In this document: one piece after another, positions 11,934 to 25,900 of the stretch | Layout: each line of letters starts with the position of its first letter | Position numbering within the stretch: position 1 is the first letter of the stretch | Program-made: the position numbers and the translations under genes | Origin: Octopus bimaculoides | Taxonomy: Eukaryota | Direction of reading: 5' to 3' | DNA length: 46,947 nucleotides | NCBI RefSeq assembly: GCF_001194135.2 | Contig: NC_068987.1 | Coordinates: forward strand, 109,253,716-109,300,662 | The notes under the pieces: generated by a model | The model's database searches: none | What the model was told of the DNA's origin: nothing | Seen by the model: the letters and a program-made list of their open reading frames with translations, nothing else

Positions 11934-12339
11934 AGGCGCAGGAGTGGCTGTGTGGTAAGTAGCTTGCTTACCAACCATATGGTTTCGGGTTCAGTCCCAC
12001 TGCGTGGCACCTCGGGCAAGTGTCTTCTGCTATAGCCTCGGGCCGACCAAAGCCTTGTGAGTGGATTTGGTAGACGGAAACTGAAAGAAGCCCGTCGTAT
12101 ATATGTACATATATGTGTGTGTTTGTGTGTCTGTGTTTGTCTCCCCAGCATCGCTTGACAACCGATGCTGTTGTGTTTACGTCCCCGTAGCATAGCGGTT
12201 CGGCAAAAGAGTCCGATAGAATAAGTACTAGGCTTTCATAGAATAAGTCCTGGGGTCGATTTGCTTGACTAAAGGTGGTGCTCCAGCATGGCCTCAGTCA
12301 AATGACTGAAACAAGTAAAAGAGTAAAAGAGTAAAAGAG
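11934..12339 (+). mobile_element. SINE family A, full length (best reference copy in the window)
   Basis: A-box-like TGGCTGTGTGG (11945-11955), B-box GGTTCAGTCCC (11988-11998), CORE-like cctcgggcaagtgtcttc, short internal microsatellite, 3' module and (GTAAAAGA)x3 tail. Confidence 0.92.
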
Positions 12340-12344
12340 ATTTC

Positions 12345-14700
12345 CCCTAAGTCAAGTTATTTCATACAGCTGAATAGGTTTCATTCTTATTGTCTTTTAG
12401 CAGACTTTACATTAATTTGCTGTCGAAAATTTTCGTACAGTTATAGCTAAGCTTCATCAAATAACAAACAGTTATTTGCAACTGGTTGGGAAGTGTTTTC
12501 TGACACAGAATATAAAAATATTGATCCGACCGCTATTCTGCATATTTTGCGGTTTAACGAAGTTGTGCTGGATAAGCTTCAAAACTATAACGATATATAC
12601 ACAATCGGAGACCTTTTCAAAGTCATCAAAAGTTATTATTGAAGTGCCTGAATTCCAAGTCTGAGTAAGAATATCTGGTTACTACAACTTCGCGATCACC
12701 GGAAGCCTGCTTTTCCCCCCATTAGTATACTTTCCAATGCAATCTGTAATCCTATTCTGTATAACCGAACTGAAACTACTGTTATTCACAGTTATACCTG
12801 TCCAGTTTCCATGCTCTATGAGATCTCTCTTTTAGGAATGTGTTAAATTCTGCTCCAAACTTCTAATCTTAAGATACCTGTCCTGTCTTCCATATATTAC
12901 CAAATAGCACCAATAATATTTATGCAGTCAACGTATTTATCTGTTTACAGTGTTTCTCCAGCAATTCCCTCCAACCGGAGTCATTTTGCTTTTTAATTGC
13001 TCAATGGCTCTTGTCATTTCTTCAACAGATATTTCGCGTTCAGCCATATTCGGCACCTCTTGTGGTTCAGGAATTACCAGAGCATTTCTTCCATTCAACG
13101 CCTTGTTCAGGATTCTGTTAAAATGGTCTTTCCATTTTCCACGGATTTTTATATCCAATGTTTTAGATCCGAACCCACCCACATCAATATTAAACACGAG
13201 TAGTATTTTTGATTAATTTACATTGCTTGTAATATTATTTATTATTTCATCGGGTTTTTCTGATCCCCCTATTATCTCCCCCATTGACTAACTTAACTGC
13301 TTCATCAATTTTTACTTCGAAGAATCTCCTTTCATCTCTTCCTAAACACGTTTTCACCTCTGTTGCAACTCCAATATTTAGTTTTCTACTTTAAAGTCTA
13401 TTCTTATTCCCTCTTCAATTTTCAGCAATTCATTTTGGTTCCTTTCGTGCCTCAATAACTTCTCGTGTTTCATCTGAAATCCATTTCCCTTTTATCTTTC
13501 TTCTCCCTAGAAAATTTTGGCTACATTCTGGTGCTGCGTTTCCTTTACATTTTTCCATGTATGCACCATTGATTCCTATAACAATTCACTTCATAGCTTC
13601 CAGCACCACACATCGATTTCAACTGTCTATTACAAATTCTTCTCTAATTTTATCATTCGTTAATTTTTCTTCACCAAACCTAGTAACCCCTTCCTTTTTT
13701 GATTTAACCTACAGCTTTAATTAAATAATCCCTCTTACTAACTAATGGTCATTTACAGCATCTGCACTTCGATATGTTCAAACATTTAGAAGTGATTTAT
13801 AATGTTGCCGATTTATCAAATTACAATTTATATGATTACAAACTTTTCTTTTTGGATATGCCTATGTATATCACTGAATATCCTAGCTGTTTAAAGAACG
13901 CACTTCCTATGATAAAATTGTTAGCTGTAGAGAGGCTGACCAATCTCACCCCATTTTCATTAGTATCTTCAAGCTTATGTATATCCATTGTTTGTTTCAT
14001 ACCTCGTTACATCGTTATTACTCTCGGCTTCATGCATTTAGATCACCAGTTACAATTTTTATGTGTCTTGATGTGATGCTATCAATTCCCTTTTGCTACA
14101 GTTGGTTGAAAGAATTTTTCCTTTTATCATCTGCATTATTTATCCGGGCATAGCAAACAATAATATTGATGTTATATAACTCAGCTTTTAAGCTATTACT
14201 TAAAAGTTTCTATTGAAATAATGAGCTTCAAAACATTTTATTCACAATCTTGCAGACTTAGTTACAGCCCATATTAATTTCTCTTGTGGTCAAAAGCGTG
14301 TTGCCATCTCTTGCCATAATTTGATCTATCCCTCCAAGTCTAGTTTCTCTTAGAGCTAACATATTAAATTTGTTTTGCTCTATCATCCTATTTCTCTGCA
14401 TCAGTCTTCCCTCCTACTGCATGTTCAAACATTCCATGCTTCAACACATGTTTTAGTATTACATTTCTGTTTCCTCGGAATTTGTGGTTTTCATTACTGG
14501 CAATATAAAGCAGTAGAGGATTCGCTGGCTCCATGCCACAGCAGTGAAGCCTTCATCACGGTAGATGCAGTTCTCAGTTTCAAGGAGATGATATTTTTGT
14601 CAAAATAGGTTTTCACCGAACAAGCTGCCTAAAACATATCATCACTGATAACTTTATTGATGCCACCCCACTGTCGATTCCATGTCTAGTTTAGCAAGCT
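12345..14700 (-). mobile_element. Degraded RTE-clade LINE: APE endonuclease, linker and N-terminal RT; 3' end missing
   Basis: Minus-strand motifs in order: AWNV*T, LALRETRL, IIVCYA, IVTGDLNA, NENGVRLV, ADAVNDH (APE); KWISDETREVIEARK; KWKDHFNRILN...EEMTRAIEQLKS (ORF 12937-13197); NWTGITV, AGFR*SRSCSNQIF, FDDFEKVSDCV (RT). Many stops and frameshifts. Confidence 0.9.
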
Positions 14701-14915
14701 AAAATTGCCCATTATCGCGTTTATAATATTACGGTAAAGACACGAAGCAATTGAAATGGATTAACTACGACTGGCGAACATTTTGTTACACACACACACA
14801 TACAGACACACAAATAGATACAAACACATACACTCACACACACAAATATGTATGTTTTTCAATATATGTATTTATATGTACACACACACACGCATATTTT
14901 TACATGTGTGTGTGT

Positions 14916-14946
<31 letters not shown>

Positions 14947-15054
14947 CGTGCGTGCATGAATATAATGAGAAGGGAATGATAAGGGCCCTGACCTCTGCAG
15001 GCCCTTCAGACTTCTAATGCGGGACTTTGGTAGATATAAAGTATGGCGAAGAGC

Positions 15055-15537
<483 letters not shown>

Positions 15538-15894
15538 CAATGGTGACTCTTTCGTTGCAATTTTGCCAACACCGTGTCTTCTCAAAACGTTGCACTTGAA
15601 AACACGAAACATGGACGACGAAGTAAACAGTCACTATTCATAAAGTTATTTTGACTTTACAGTTAGTATTTAATCTTTGTTCAGTGCATGTTTAGTGTAC
15701 ACAAGTACAGAAGCCTATAAAACAAGTAGTTGCTCACATCTTTTGGTCTTGCATACATGCCTACGTACTTATGTGCAGATGTATGTATCCAGATAAATAG
15801 ATGGATTAACGAGATAAATATACGGTGTACTAAATCATGGCAGGTATATACAAACATGCATAATTACATACATACCACACGTGCTTGTGTGTGT

Positions 15895-15931
<37 letters not shown>

Positions 15932-16001
15932 TGTGTGTGTGTGTGTACGTGCGTGCCTGGGTGTATGTACGTGCACAAATGCATACGTATGTCTGTGTCC
16001 G

Positions 16002-16044
<43 letters not shown>

Positions 16045-16734
16045 TTTTACATATATATATTCATATAGATATATATATACATTTACAAACACATATATTT
16101 ATATAGATATATATATATATACACGCTATATACACGCAAGCACACACACATATGTATACGTATGTACATAAGTGCGTATGTATGTGCATGTATGTGTTTC
16201 TATATGTATGCCCTACAAAAGCCATGTTATAATAATATTTAGCCAATTTATTTAGCTAATCCCTGTATTTATTTGTTCCCAGTCTGTGTACGTATATATG
16301 TCCAGATACGCATACATATATCTCGGAACACGCATCAGTCATCCAACAGATTATGCCTTGTACTGAAACGTACCATCCTGATCAAATTAATGAAATGCAT
16401 TTTTATTCGTTCTGCTACGGAACGTTGTATGGCTTTTCTGAGAATATTCAATGATTAAAGCGAAAATATCTCGAACACAATTGATCCACCAGCCATGGGC
16501 AATTAAAAGGCACTTGCTTTTGGTAGTTTGAATAATACCAGTTTTATAGGGTTGCTTGATTGGTCATAGATGCGTGTGTCCCTTCTGGGGTTTCTGTATT
16601 ATAAAGTTTTATTTCATTATGTAATTATGTCTGTTGGCCCCTTTGATTAGTTTTTTTCAATCACACAAAATCGATGTAAAAGTTCCCATGTATTGTATTT
16701 CCTCTTTGTAATTATTTTTACTGCATATTTTTAC

Positions 16735-17050
16735 TGGACAACTGAGCCCATTTCTGTGTACCTTGGGGTATATGCAATGTTTTGCTTTCGTTCTCTGATG
16801 TCTAATATGTATTGTGCCGTGCTATTTTCTATATATCCTTTATAAGTGAAACCCTGTGGTTTTGATTATATAGCGGTATCATTTTCAATAATTCCCAGAG
16901 CAACTAACATGTTAGGGATTGTTTCTGCTTTCAATCCAAACATTCTGGTTAGATCTACTTCCAGTTATCTATACTGAGATAATTTTCTCGCTTCTTCTCA
17001 GCAAATGCTATGTAAGAAAGTTTTTAAAATATTTACACGTTCTAACATAT
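16735..17050 (-). mobile_element. 3' end of an RLE-type LINE (R4/Dong/NeSL-like), degraded
   Basis: Minus strand reads EKLSQYR*LEVDLTRMFGLKAETIPNMLVALGII, matching the KExEKLxKYxDLxxExxRMWxxKxxxIPIxVGALG pattern that follows the RLE motif. A QKIA..GTxHI-like end and a 3'UTR-like segment follow. Confidence 0.7.
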
Positions 17051-17195
17051 CGTTATTTCCTGGAACGTACCTATGCCTATCCTTAGAGGTAATCGGACAA
17101 TATCATTACAGAAATAGTTATGTGACACAGTATTTGTGTCAATTATAAACAGTAATAAAATATCAGCATAGTTTGTATGAAATATTGTCGGATAT

Positions 17196-17422
17196 CTCTT
17201 TCTCTCTTGTTTTACTTGCTTCAGTCATTTGACTGCAGCCATACTGGAGCACCGCCTTCAGTCGAGAAAATCGACCTCAGGACTTATTCTTTGGAAGCCT
17301 AGTACTTATTCTGTCGGTTCATTTTGCCGAACCGCTAACTTCCGGAGACTTAAACACACTCGTGATGTTTGTGGACAAACATGTACACACAGACATACAC
17401 ACACCCACACACACACACGCAC

Positions 17423-17463
<41 letters not shown>

Positions 17464-17807
17464 TACACGCACGCACGCACGCACACACACNNNNNNNNNN
17501 NNNNNNNNNNNNNNNNNNNNNNNNNNNNNNNNNNNNNNNNNNNNNNNNNNNNNNNNNNNNNNNNNNNNNNNNNNNNNNNNNNNNNNNNNNNNNNNNNNNN
17601 NNNNNNNNNNNNNNNNNNNNNNNNNNNNNNNNNNNNNNNNNNNNNNNNNNNNATATATATATGACAAGCTTCTTTCAGTTTCTCTCAACCAAATCTACTC
17701 ACAAGGCTTTGGTCGATCCGCGGCTATAGAAAACACTTGCCTGGGACTGAACGCGGAACCATGTGGTTGGTAAGCAAGCTACTTACCACACAGCCACTCC
17801 TGCACCT
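17196..17807 (-). mobile_element. SINE family A, full length, with an N-gap at the internal microsatellite
   Basis: The 3' half lies before gap 17491-17652 and the 5' half after it (gctacttaccacacagccactcctgcacct). Confidence 0.9.
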
Positions 17808-17916
17808 ATACCATTCGGTATATTTTGTAGTGATGGCCTGCTCCTCTATCGCGAAATGTTTGCTTCAATCTTCCATTCATACCAGATTCATTACGAGACC
17901 AGTTTATCAATTTATT

Positions 17917-17931
17917 TAGTGAGTTAGTTAA

Positions 17932-17981
<50 letters not shown>
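17917..17981. repeat. (TTAG)n microsatellite
   Basis: Directly visible run of ttag units. Confidence 0.9.
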
Positions 17982-18283
17982 GTCAGCGGGTCAGTTAGTT
18001 AGTAAGAGACATCTTGCTTAATGCAATGCCGGTCACGTAAGGCCATGCCATTACTAACGCTCCTCCGGACACTTGCTCACGGCCTCATTTGGGCACCATG
18101 TAAAGGTCCGATCTTAATATTACTCTATCGATTAGCTGTTTGAAGTCAAATCCGTTTTCATGTAAGAATTTTGTTGCTGTAGATACATATAATCGATTCG
18201 GTAATATTTTTTATGATAGTTAATTAGAGAATATTTGTGAATTAGAAGGGTTAGTGAGCAACTGTAATATCTACTTTCTTGTA

Positions 18284-18388
<105 letters not shown>

Positions 18389-18471
18389 CTCATACGCTAT
18401 AATCCCGTTCCACCTTCTTTCCACAGTCAGTCTGCAAACACAATCTATGGGTACCAGGCTTACTATATACT

Positions 18472-18872
18472 TTCTTTTATTTCTTTATCTTTTATTTTTT
18501 TACTTGTTTCAGTTATTGATTGCAGCCATGTTGTATCGCCGCTTTCAAGAGATTTTAGTCAAATACACTGAACCTTGTGCCTACACCATCGGTTTCTTTT
18601 GCCGCACTGTAAAGTTACGGTGACGTAAACTAACCAACACTGGTTGTCTAGCGGCGGCAGGACAAACACACGCGCACACACACACGCACGCACACACACG
18701 CACACAGACGCACACACACACACACACACGCACACAGGTCTACAAAATACACTTACAAGGCTTTGGCTAGCCCAGAGCTATAGTAGAAGACACTTGCCCA
18801 ACGTCTAGTGCAGTGAGACACTAAATCCGAAACCAGGTAGTTGACAAGCAACCCTCTTTCCACGCAGCCATG
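18472..18872 (-). mobile_element. SINE family A, old diverged copy
   Basis: cttgtttcagttattgattgcagccatg...(CA)n...gctatagtagaagacacttgcccaa...ccacgcagcca. Confidence 0.8.
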
Positions 18873-19181
18873 TTTTTCTCGTATGGCGTATCTTCTACTA
18901 TAGACCCAAGCTGGTCAAAGCCTTGGAAGTGGATTTAGCAGACACAAATATATACATAGAACGAACAACTTCAGAATATCTATAAATTGTTCCTTGAGGG
19001 GTCTTTGTCTACGTTATAACATTGTATATAAACGTATAGTAACCACAACACATGTTATCTCAAGAACTTACGTTGGATTATCGATCGGCTCTAAGCGCCG
19101 ATTCCTTGCACAAATTACTCCTTCTTGAGCACTGACTGTAAGCAATCTTCTCCCCTGGCCCCCTATACTCGCTAGCTCAAA

Positions 19182-19360
19182 GCGGAGGGCATTCTTTACG
19201 ACATTTCCTGGTTTGTAATTGATTTTGGAATGCTGTAAATGGGAAGTTCACTACCATGTCTTTTATGCTGCCGTGAGTCCTCCGAACTATTTCGTGAGAA
19301 TGAAGGCCTCGTTGTTAATAGGTTCTATGATGTAATTTCTTCCTGTAGCCATCAATATTA
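19182..19360 (-). mobile_element. Possible Gypsy/Ty3 RNase H remnant
   Basis: Minus strand with frameshifts reads GRNYII...SRQHKRHGSELPIYS / KINYKPGNVVKNALR, resembling RQxRWxxxLxxYxFxIxYKPGxxNxVADALSR. The match is short and degraded. Confidence 0.4.
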
Positions 19361-20627
19361 CAAAACTCTTTCATATTGCTATGAATCATTATCTTCTAAC
19401 GGAATTGGTTTTTCGTATTCACTTCTCTTCCTCTTCGCATTTAGCACACTTATTCCTTAATACTCATTCTCTACTGAACTTTTCTTATCTATTGCACTTG
19501 GAGAATTTCTCGTCCTTTACAGACAACGACTCGCTCTTTTCCTCGTCTCTTCCCTCTCTTATTAATTCGCCAGTATGTCTAGATGCCTCGACTTTCCGAC
19601 TCCCGTATTACTAATTTCACTCTATTTAACTCATACATTTTACAATGCTTATATTTTAACCCAGAGAGTGTTTCTATAATCTTTTTGTTACCCCCGCCCC
19701 ACCCCCACTGCCGGTTTGCTATTATTAATTCGTTGGTGTTTTTTTCTTTCAGAACTAACATACCGAGTTCCATTTCTCTCGCTTTTAATCTTATGGCCAT
19801 TGAATTGCTTTTCAACTGCACTCCTTTGCTTCTTTTATCAACGTTTGTTATATCTTGTTCTGATAGTTGAACATCTTATATTAATCGATTACCTCCTCTA
19901 CACCCCTCTACCTTCCTTCCCTCCTCCGTCCCTACCTTCATACTTATGATAACTCCTCCTCTACTTCCCTCTATCTTTCTAATTTATGGAACTAACATAT
20001 ATTCATATGCATTACCCCTACAATCCAATTGCCCGGCTCTTGTGTAGAGGTTATCGGAATTTAGTTGCACAGTGTTATCAAAACCCTTGATCGTTGATAC
20101 TCTTATATTTTGCTTGTATGTATATCTACAACATTGATTCGGTATTGGACTTCATTGCATAATACCTATAGTTTTTATATCAACAGTTATCGATTGTACG
20201 AAACAGCTGTAAGAAATAAAAACTTCTCTACAGGATATAAATTTTATGTGCAAATTTCCATAGAAATACATTCCTTATGCTTATTGTTATTTGCCTGTCC
20301 TTCTAATAACATTACCGCTCCCGGATCATCGTACTTAGAGCCGAGTTTTCTACATCCAAACTAAAGCTGAAGAAGAAGACCAAGCGTAATATTCGACTTC
20401 CTCTTAGCAATACTTGACGACTATCTTAATCATGCTTACATAAACATTTTATGACCCATTCTTAATATTTACACACTCACACACACACATGTTTATATGT
20501 ATAATGTATATATATATATATTATTTAATGAATACATAAAACAACCAAGAAAATAAATATATACTATGCGTTCGAGTTTCGTTTCTCCCATTGAAAGGTA
20601 ATATAATATTAAAATTTAATTATATTT

Positions 20628-20664
20628 TTCATATTATCATTATTATTCATATTATTTTTATTCA

Positions 20665-20710
<46 letters not shown>

Positions 20711-20761
20711 TATCTATTTTTCTTATTGTCATCGTCATCATCACCATCATCATCATCGTCG

Positions 20762-20816
<55 letters not shown>

Positions 20817-20860
20817 TATTATTATTATTATTATCATTCTTCTTATTATCATTACTATTT
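20628..20860. repeat. (ATT)n-(CAT)n-(ATT)n compound microsatellite
   Basis: Directly visible. Confidence 0.95.
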
Positions 20861-21799
20861 TCTTTCGCCTCCATTGTATATTGGTCTTGTTGCTTTTTTC
20901 TTTTCCGTAGGCCTGGTGGCGAGAGGTTGGGTGGGGGTGTGGTGAGGGTGGGGGAGATGATTGTTTTTCTGTTTATTTCTGCTTTGTTGCAACCTAATCT
21001 AGAATTGATAAGAAGAATACATGGTTATATTTTAAAATTAAGTGTGAATAACGCAGACCGAAACGGCAGACGAGTGATATGCACATACATAAATATTCGT
21101 AGCCATACACAGACTTACATATACACATACACACACATATAAATATATGTGTGTATGTGTATACGTATATACGTTTATATATAAATTGTTTCATACGTAT
21201 ATATATATGTACATATATACACACACATTTATACATATGCATGCATATATACATATATATATACACACACACACATATATATATATATATGTATGTAGGT
21301 AGGTATGAAAAAGTATGACAAAGCGATTGGCTGATGCAAATAATATATACATTGAATATGATATATTGATTATGCAAATAATGCTGTTCTAGTGATGGCT
21401 TTTTTTCAAAGAAAAAAACTTACATAATCGATGGCCATGGGAAATTGATTATTTTGATCATAGAACGCATTTGTATACATACATAAATATTTATGTATAC
21501 ATACATAAGTACCTACATATGTGTACATATGTGTGTATATATATGTGTGTGTGTATGTTTATGCATATATATTTGTATATTGATATGTATATACATATGC
21601 ATATTTATTTATACAAATATGCATGTATTTTTTATGTACGTGTGTAAATATATCTACTTATATATACATATACTTATATATACGTATAAACACACACATA
21701 TGAATATATATTATGTATACTTACATGTGTTTATTCATTTATATAATATAGTCGCATATACATATGCTCGTGTGTGTAGCCAGCAATAAACTAGAACCC

Positions 21800-22070
21800 C
21801 TTAAACACGTATATCCTTGCGAGAATAAGAACCCCTTCGAAGGACAATCACGCAATAACAATGTGTGGTATAGTATACAGAACAAGACCTGTATAATCCA
21901 AGAAACCTTGAACAAGTTCAGCCCTACGATGACTAATAATTCAAAGAAGGAAATATCATAACCCCAAGAACACAAAATACAAAGAGTACATAGCCAACAA
22001 GCGTGTCAAATTTATGCGCTCATCATCAGCTGCTTAGCGGACATCGTTCTGGTTTTGACACCTGGGCAGT
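21800..22070 (+). mobile_element. Possible Penelope-like remnant
   Basis: PCENKNPFEGQSRNNNVWY resembles the CxxKxxCPLxGxCxxxNVVY segment upstream of Penelope GIY-YIG. A pLTR-like CTGATGA motif lies nearby on the opposite strand (22023-22029). Weak. Confidence 0.25.
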
Positions 22071-22566
22071 GCTATTCAAACCAGCGATGTTAACAGCGTT
22101 AAGAATATAAACGCTACCAAGGAAATTGTTAAACAAGAAGTAAGACCGAAACATCAGTACAATGTCTTCATTACGTATGCAACTGCTAGCTATTACAGAG
22201 AACAAATACAAACATCAAATATGAAACATTTATCATTTCATACATAAAGTTATGAAGAACAGATTTTTTTTTAATGCAACAGTGTAATATGTGTGTATAT
22301 CAAACGTAGAAGGACAAGGTTTTTAACAGTTCTTTGTTTCCTCTGAGTTTCGTGATGCAGTATTGCAAACCAACAGTTTGCTTTTGACTGTAAAAGCAAT
22401 ATACTGTATAGAGGGGGCGGGGGGCGAAACTCGCAGTTAAAGACTGTTGAAAAGTAATATCTGGTACTTACTATATTTATTTAACTCTTTTTATGTGCTG
22501 TGTACCATCTCATCACGCCTAAATATATGTATATGTGAATGTACATAGACAGACAGACAGACAGAC

Positions 22567-22613
<47 letters not shown>

Positions 22614-23326
22614 AAATAGATATGGGTATAGATATAGATATAGATATGTATGTGTGTGTGTCTGTGCTTTGGGATGTGTATATATGATCGGCAATGTGTG
22701 AAGCTAAGTTATGTATATAATGTCCGTGGTTGTTCTTCCCTTAAATATTTTAATTAAGAGGTTGTTTTTTTTTTACTTGATTCCTCTATATTCTGTAGAA
22801 AGGCAAATGCTTTTAGGCAAAGTATAATATAATACACAAGAAAGTTGAAACACTTTAGTAACAAATTGAAATTTGTTAGACTTAAACATAAATCACAAAT
22901 AAGATGTTAGACAACAGAAATGTGAGTATCTTATGAACAAAATGGCTAAACTAAATATGAATGCACTGATTGATCATTGCATCATTTTATTCTTTTGTCT
23001 ATTTCAGCAACCTGTAACCTGTACTGGAATGGTATTTTGAATTTCTTAGCACAAATTGTAACACATTTCTTTGTTTGACAATTCATTTTACAAAACTATT
23101 TGACACATCTCACCCAAATTTCGTTTGATTATATTACAGCTGACCTGAGTGAGATTTTTTTGTCTATTGTGATGTCTTCCTTTTCTAATAAAAGTGAATT
23201 GCACACAGGAATCAGTAAACTAGCAGTGAATTGTTTAAGACCGTTTAGGCTTGGATCTTAATCAACCGAAACAGATTTCCCTGATGGTCATCGATGATAA
23301 CAGCAAAATAATGTTTTTTTATAAAC

Positions 23327-23510
23327 ACAAAGCTTGAAATTTTTCGAGAAGGGGCCAGTTGATTACGTCGACACTAGGATCCAACTAGTACTTGTTTTAT
23401 CAACTCCGAAAGGATAAACGATTAAATCGACACCGGTGGCATTTGAAATCAGAACGTAAAGCCAAAAGAAAAGCCGCGAAGAATAACGATTCTGCTAGCT
23501 TGTCAGCCGT
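23327..23510 (-). mobile_element. SINE family B, old copy
   Basis: ggggccagttgattacgtcgac...ccgaaaggat...tttgaaatcagaacgtaaag...aacgattctgctagct. Confidence 0.75.
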
Positions 23511-23692
23511 GACGCATGCCAAAATAATGCTAGTGACTTCACGTTCGACGTCACATTCGGAATAGAACTCTATACGCTGGTAATACGCTGGAAGCTGCAT
23601 GTATGTAGACATCCGAAAAACATCAAGTGTGGTTTCTTATTTTTTGTGAAACATTTTATAATGCATTTCTATATCGAACTGTGAATACACAT

Positions 23693-23730
<38 letters not shown>

Positions 23731-24251
23731 CCCCTACACCCCACACACATACATATAAACGTAAGTATGTATACATATACATATGAATAGATGATATTTA
23801 AAGGTGGTTTATATCGTGATGATGGGTTAATTGCCATCAATGGTATTAACCTTGAACCTTAAACAGAACAAAGAAGGCTAACTCCTCAACATTTTTAGAG
23901 AGCTCTTATTTCACGTCATGGTACATTCTAATGTTAGGATATGACTTTAATTCGAAACGATGGCTTGCATTACCCAAAAGAAAACCTGAGGAACTGCTCC
24001 ATTACATTAGTAAACGATCGAACTAGTAATGCTATACCGAATGCCAAGACAATTTATTTTCTCTTTTCGTGTCATTAAGTGTATTGCTGTAAAACATTTA
24101 GTAAGGCTAGTTCAAATAATAATAATGATGCTGTGATTGATTTGATAATATCATAATATTATAGCTTTGTGGTTTTCTCATTATTTTTATAAATTCTAGT
24201 CTAACAGACCAGTAACTATAAGACAGTCTTTGACATTTTGCAAATATTTGG

Positions 24252-24283
<32 letters not shown>

Positions 24284-24320
24284 TACGTGTGTGTGTGCGA
24301 GAGAGAGAGAGATAGTGTGT

Positions 24321-24359
<39 letters not shown>

Positions 24360-24372
24360 TGTGTGTATCTAA

Positions 24373-24440
<68 letters not shown>

Positions 24441-24624
24441 CATGCGTGTGTGTGTTTATGCGTGTTTGAATGGCTATGTGTCTTCCAGGTTATAATTGTT
24501 TTAGTTTCCACACACAGTCTTAGATCAAATCACTTGTCAGACATGCTCGTCTCCGAACATATACAAGAAATAATGTGTGTGTCTGTGGTTGTGTTTTTGT
24601 GTGGTTGTGTGTGTATGTGTTTAG

Positions 24625-24740
<116 letters not shown>

Positions 24741-25604
24741 ACATACATTCATACATATGCGTAAGTATGCATGTACATAAGTGTATGTCCTGTAAGTGTT
24801 TACGTTTGTGCTTGTAATAAGCGTATCCTTTAGATCCCATAAACATATCACTTCGGCAAAGTGAAACAGAGAGAGAGAGGGGGGAGAGAAAGAGAGAGAG
24901 AGAGAGTGATTAACAAAATAAATACCAGACAGCAAAAACGGAAATGCTGTTATGGATGCAATCGACGAAACTCGTTAGGGAAATGCCCCAGCATGACCAG
25001 GGCCCAACAACTGTAACCTGCAGAGAAAAAACATAACGTATACAGATATTAGAATTCTAATTATAGACTCCGCTCTCTTTACAACAGAATGGCTTACAAT
25101 TTGAGGTTTCATGTTGAAAATATTTCGAAATTTCAAAAGTATATTTCAATGCGTCCATTGCTTTGTTCGACATAGTTTTTGAAAATTTAGTTTCGCATTG
25201 AATTAAATCTAAATTTGATATTCTTATTCTTGTTATGCTTGTAATGGAAATGTAACTATTTAAAGGCTATTTTAATGTTTAAATTAGAAATAACGATGTC
25301 TAGATTCAAAGAAGATGATAGGAAGGCTTGGCTTGTTTGATTTCGTGTTTACAATTTTTAAAGAAATCATTTTACGATGTCTACTATTTTGTATACCGCA
25401 TAGAAATAAAGCTGCTTAATTCTAAATACGATTTTGTTTACGTATATATGCATACGTACAATAAACATACATACATACATACAATTATGGGAATATGTTA
25501 ATGTATATATATGTATATATATATATACACTCTCACACACACAAACATACATATATATACAGCACACATATAATAAATGCACGTATATATGTATGCATGC
25601 TTAC

Positions 25605-25667
<63 letters not shown>

Positions 25668-25900
25668 CATTCTTATGTGTGTCTATATTCATAGAATATG
25701 CCCATATACATTCAAACAGCCATAGATATATATAAACGTATGTGCGCGTACGTCTATGTGTATGTTCGTGCGTCTATGTGTTTGTACGTGTACGTGTGTT
25801 GTGTGTTTGTGTGTGTGTGCGTGTGTGTGTGTGCGTGTGTGTGTGTGCGTGTGTGTGTGTGTGCGTGTGTGTGTGTGCGTGTGTGTGTGTTTATGTGTGT

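Noticed and set aside
21990-22040. Minus-strand CTGATGA hammerhead-like motif
   Set aside because: GAAA is replaced by GACA and stem II does not pair.
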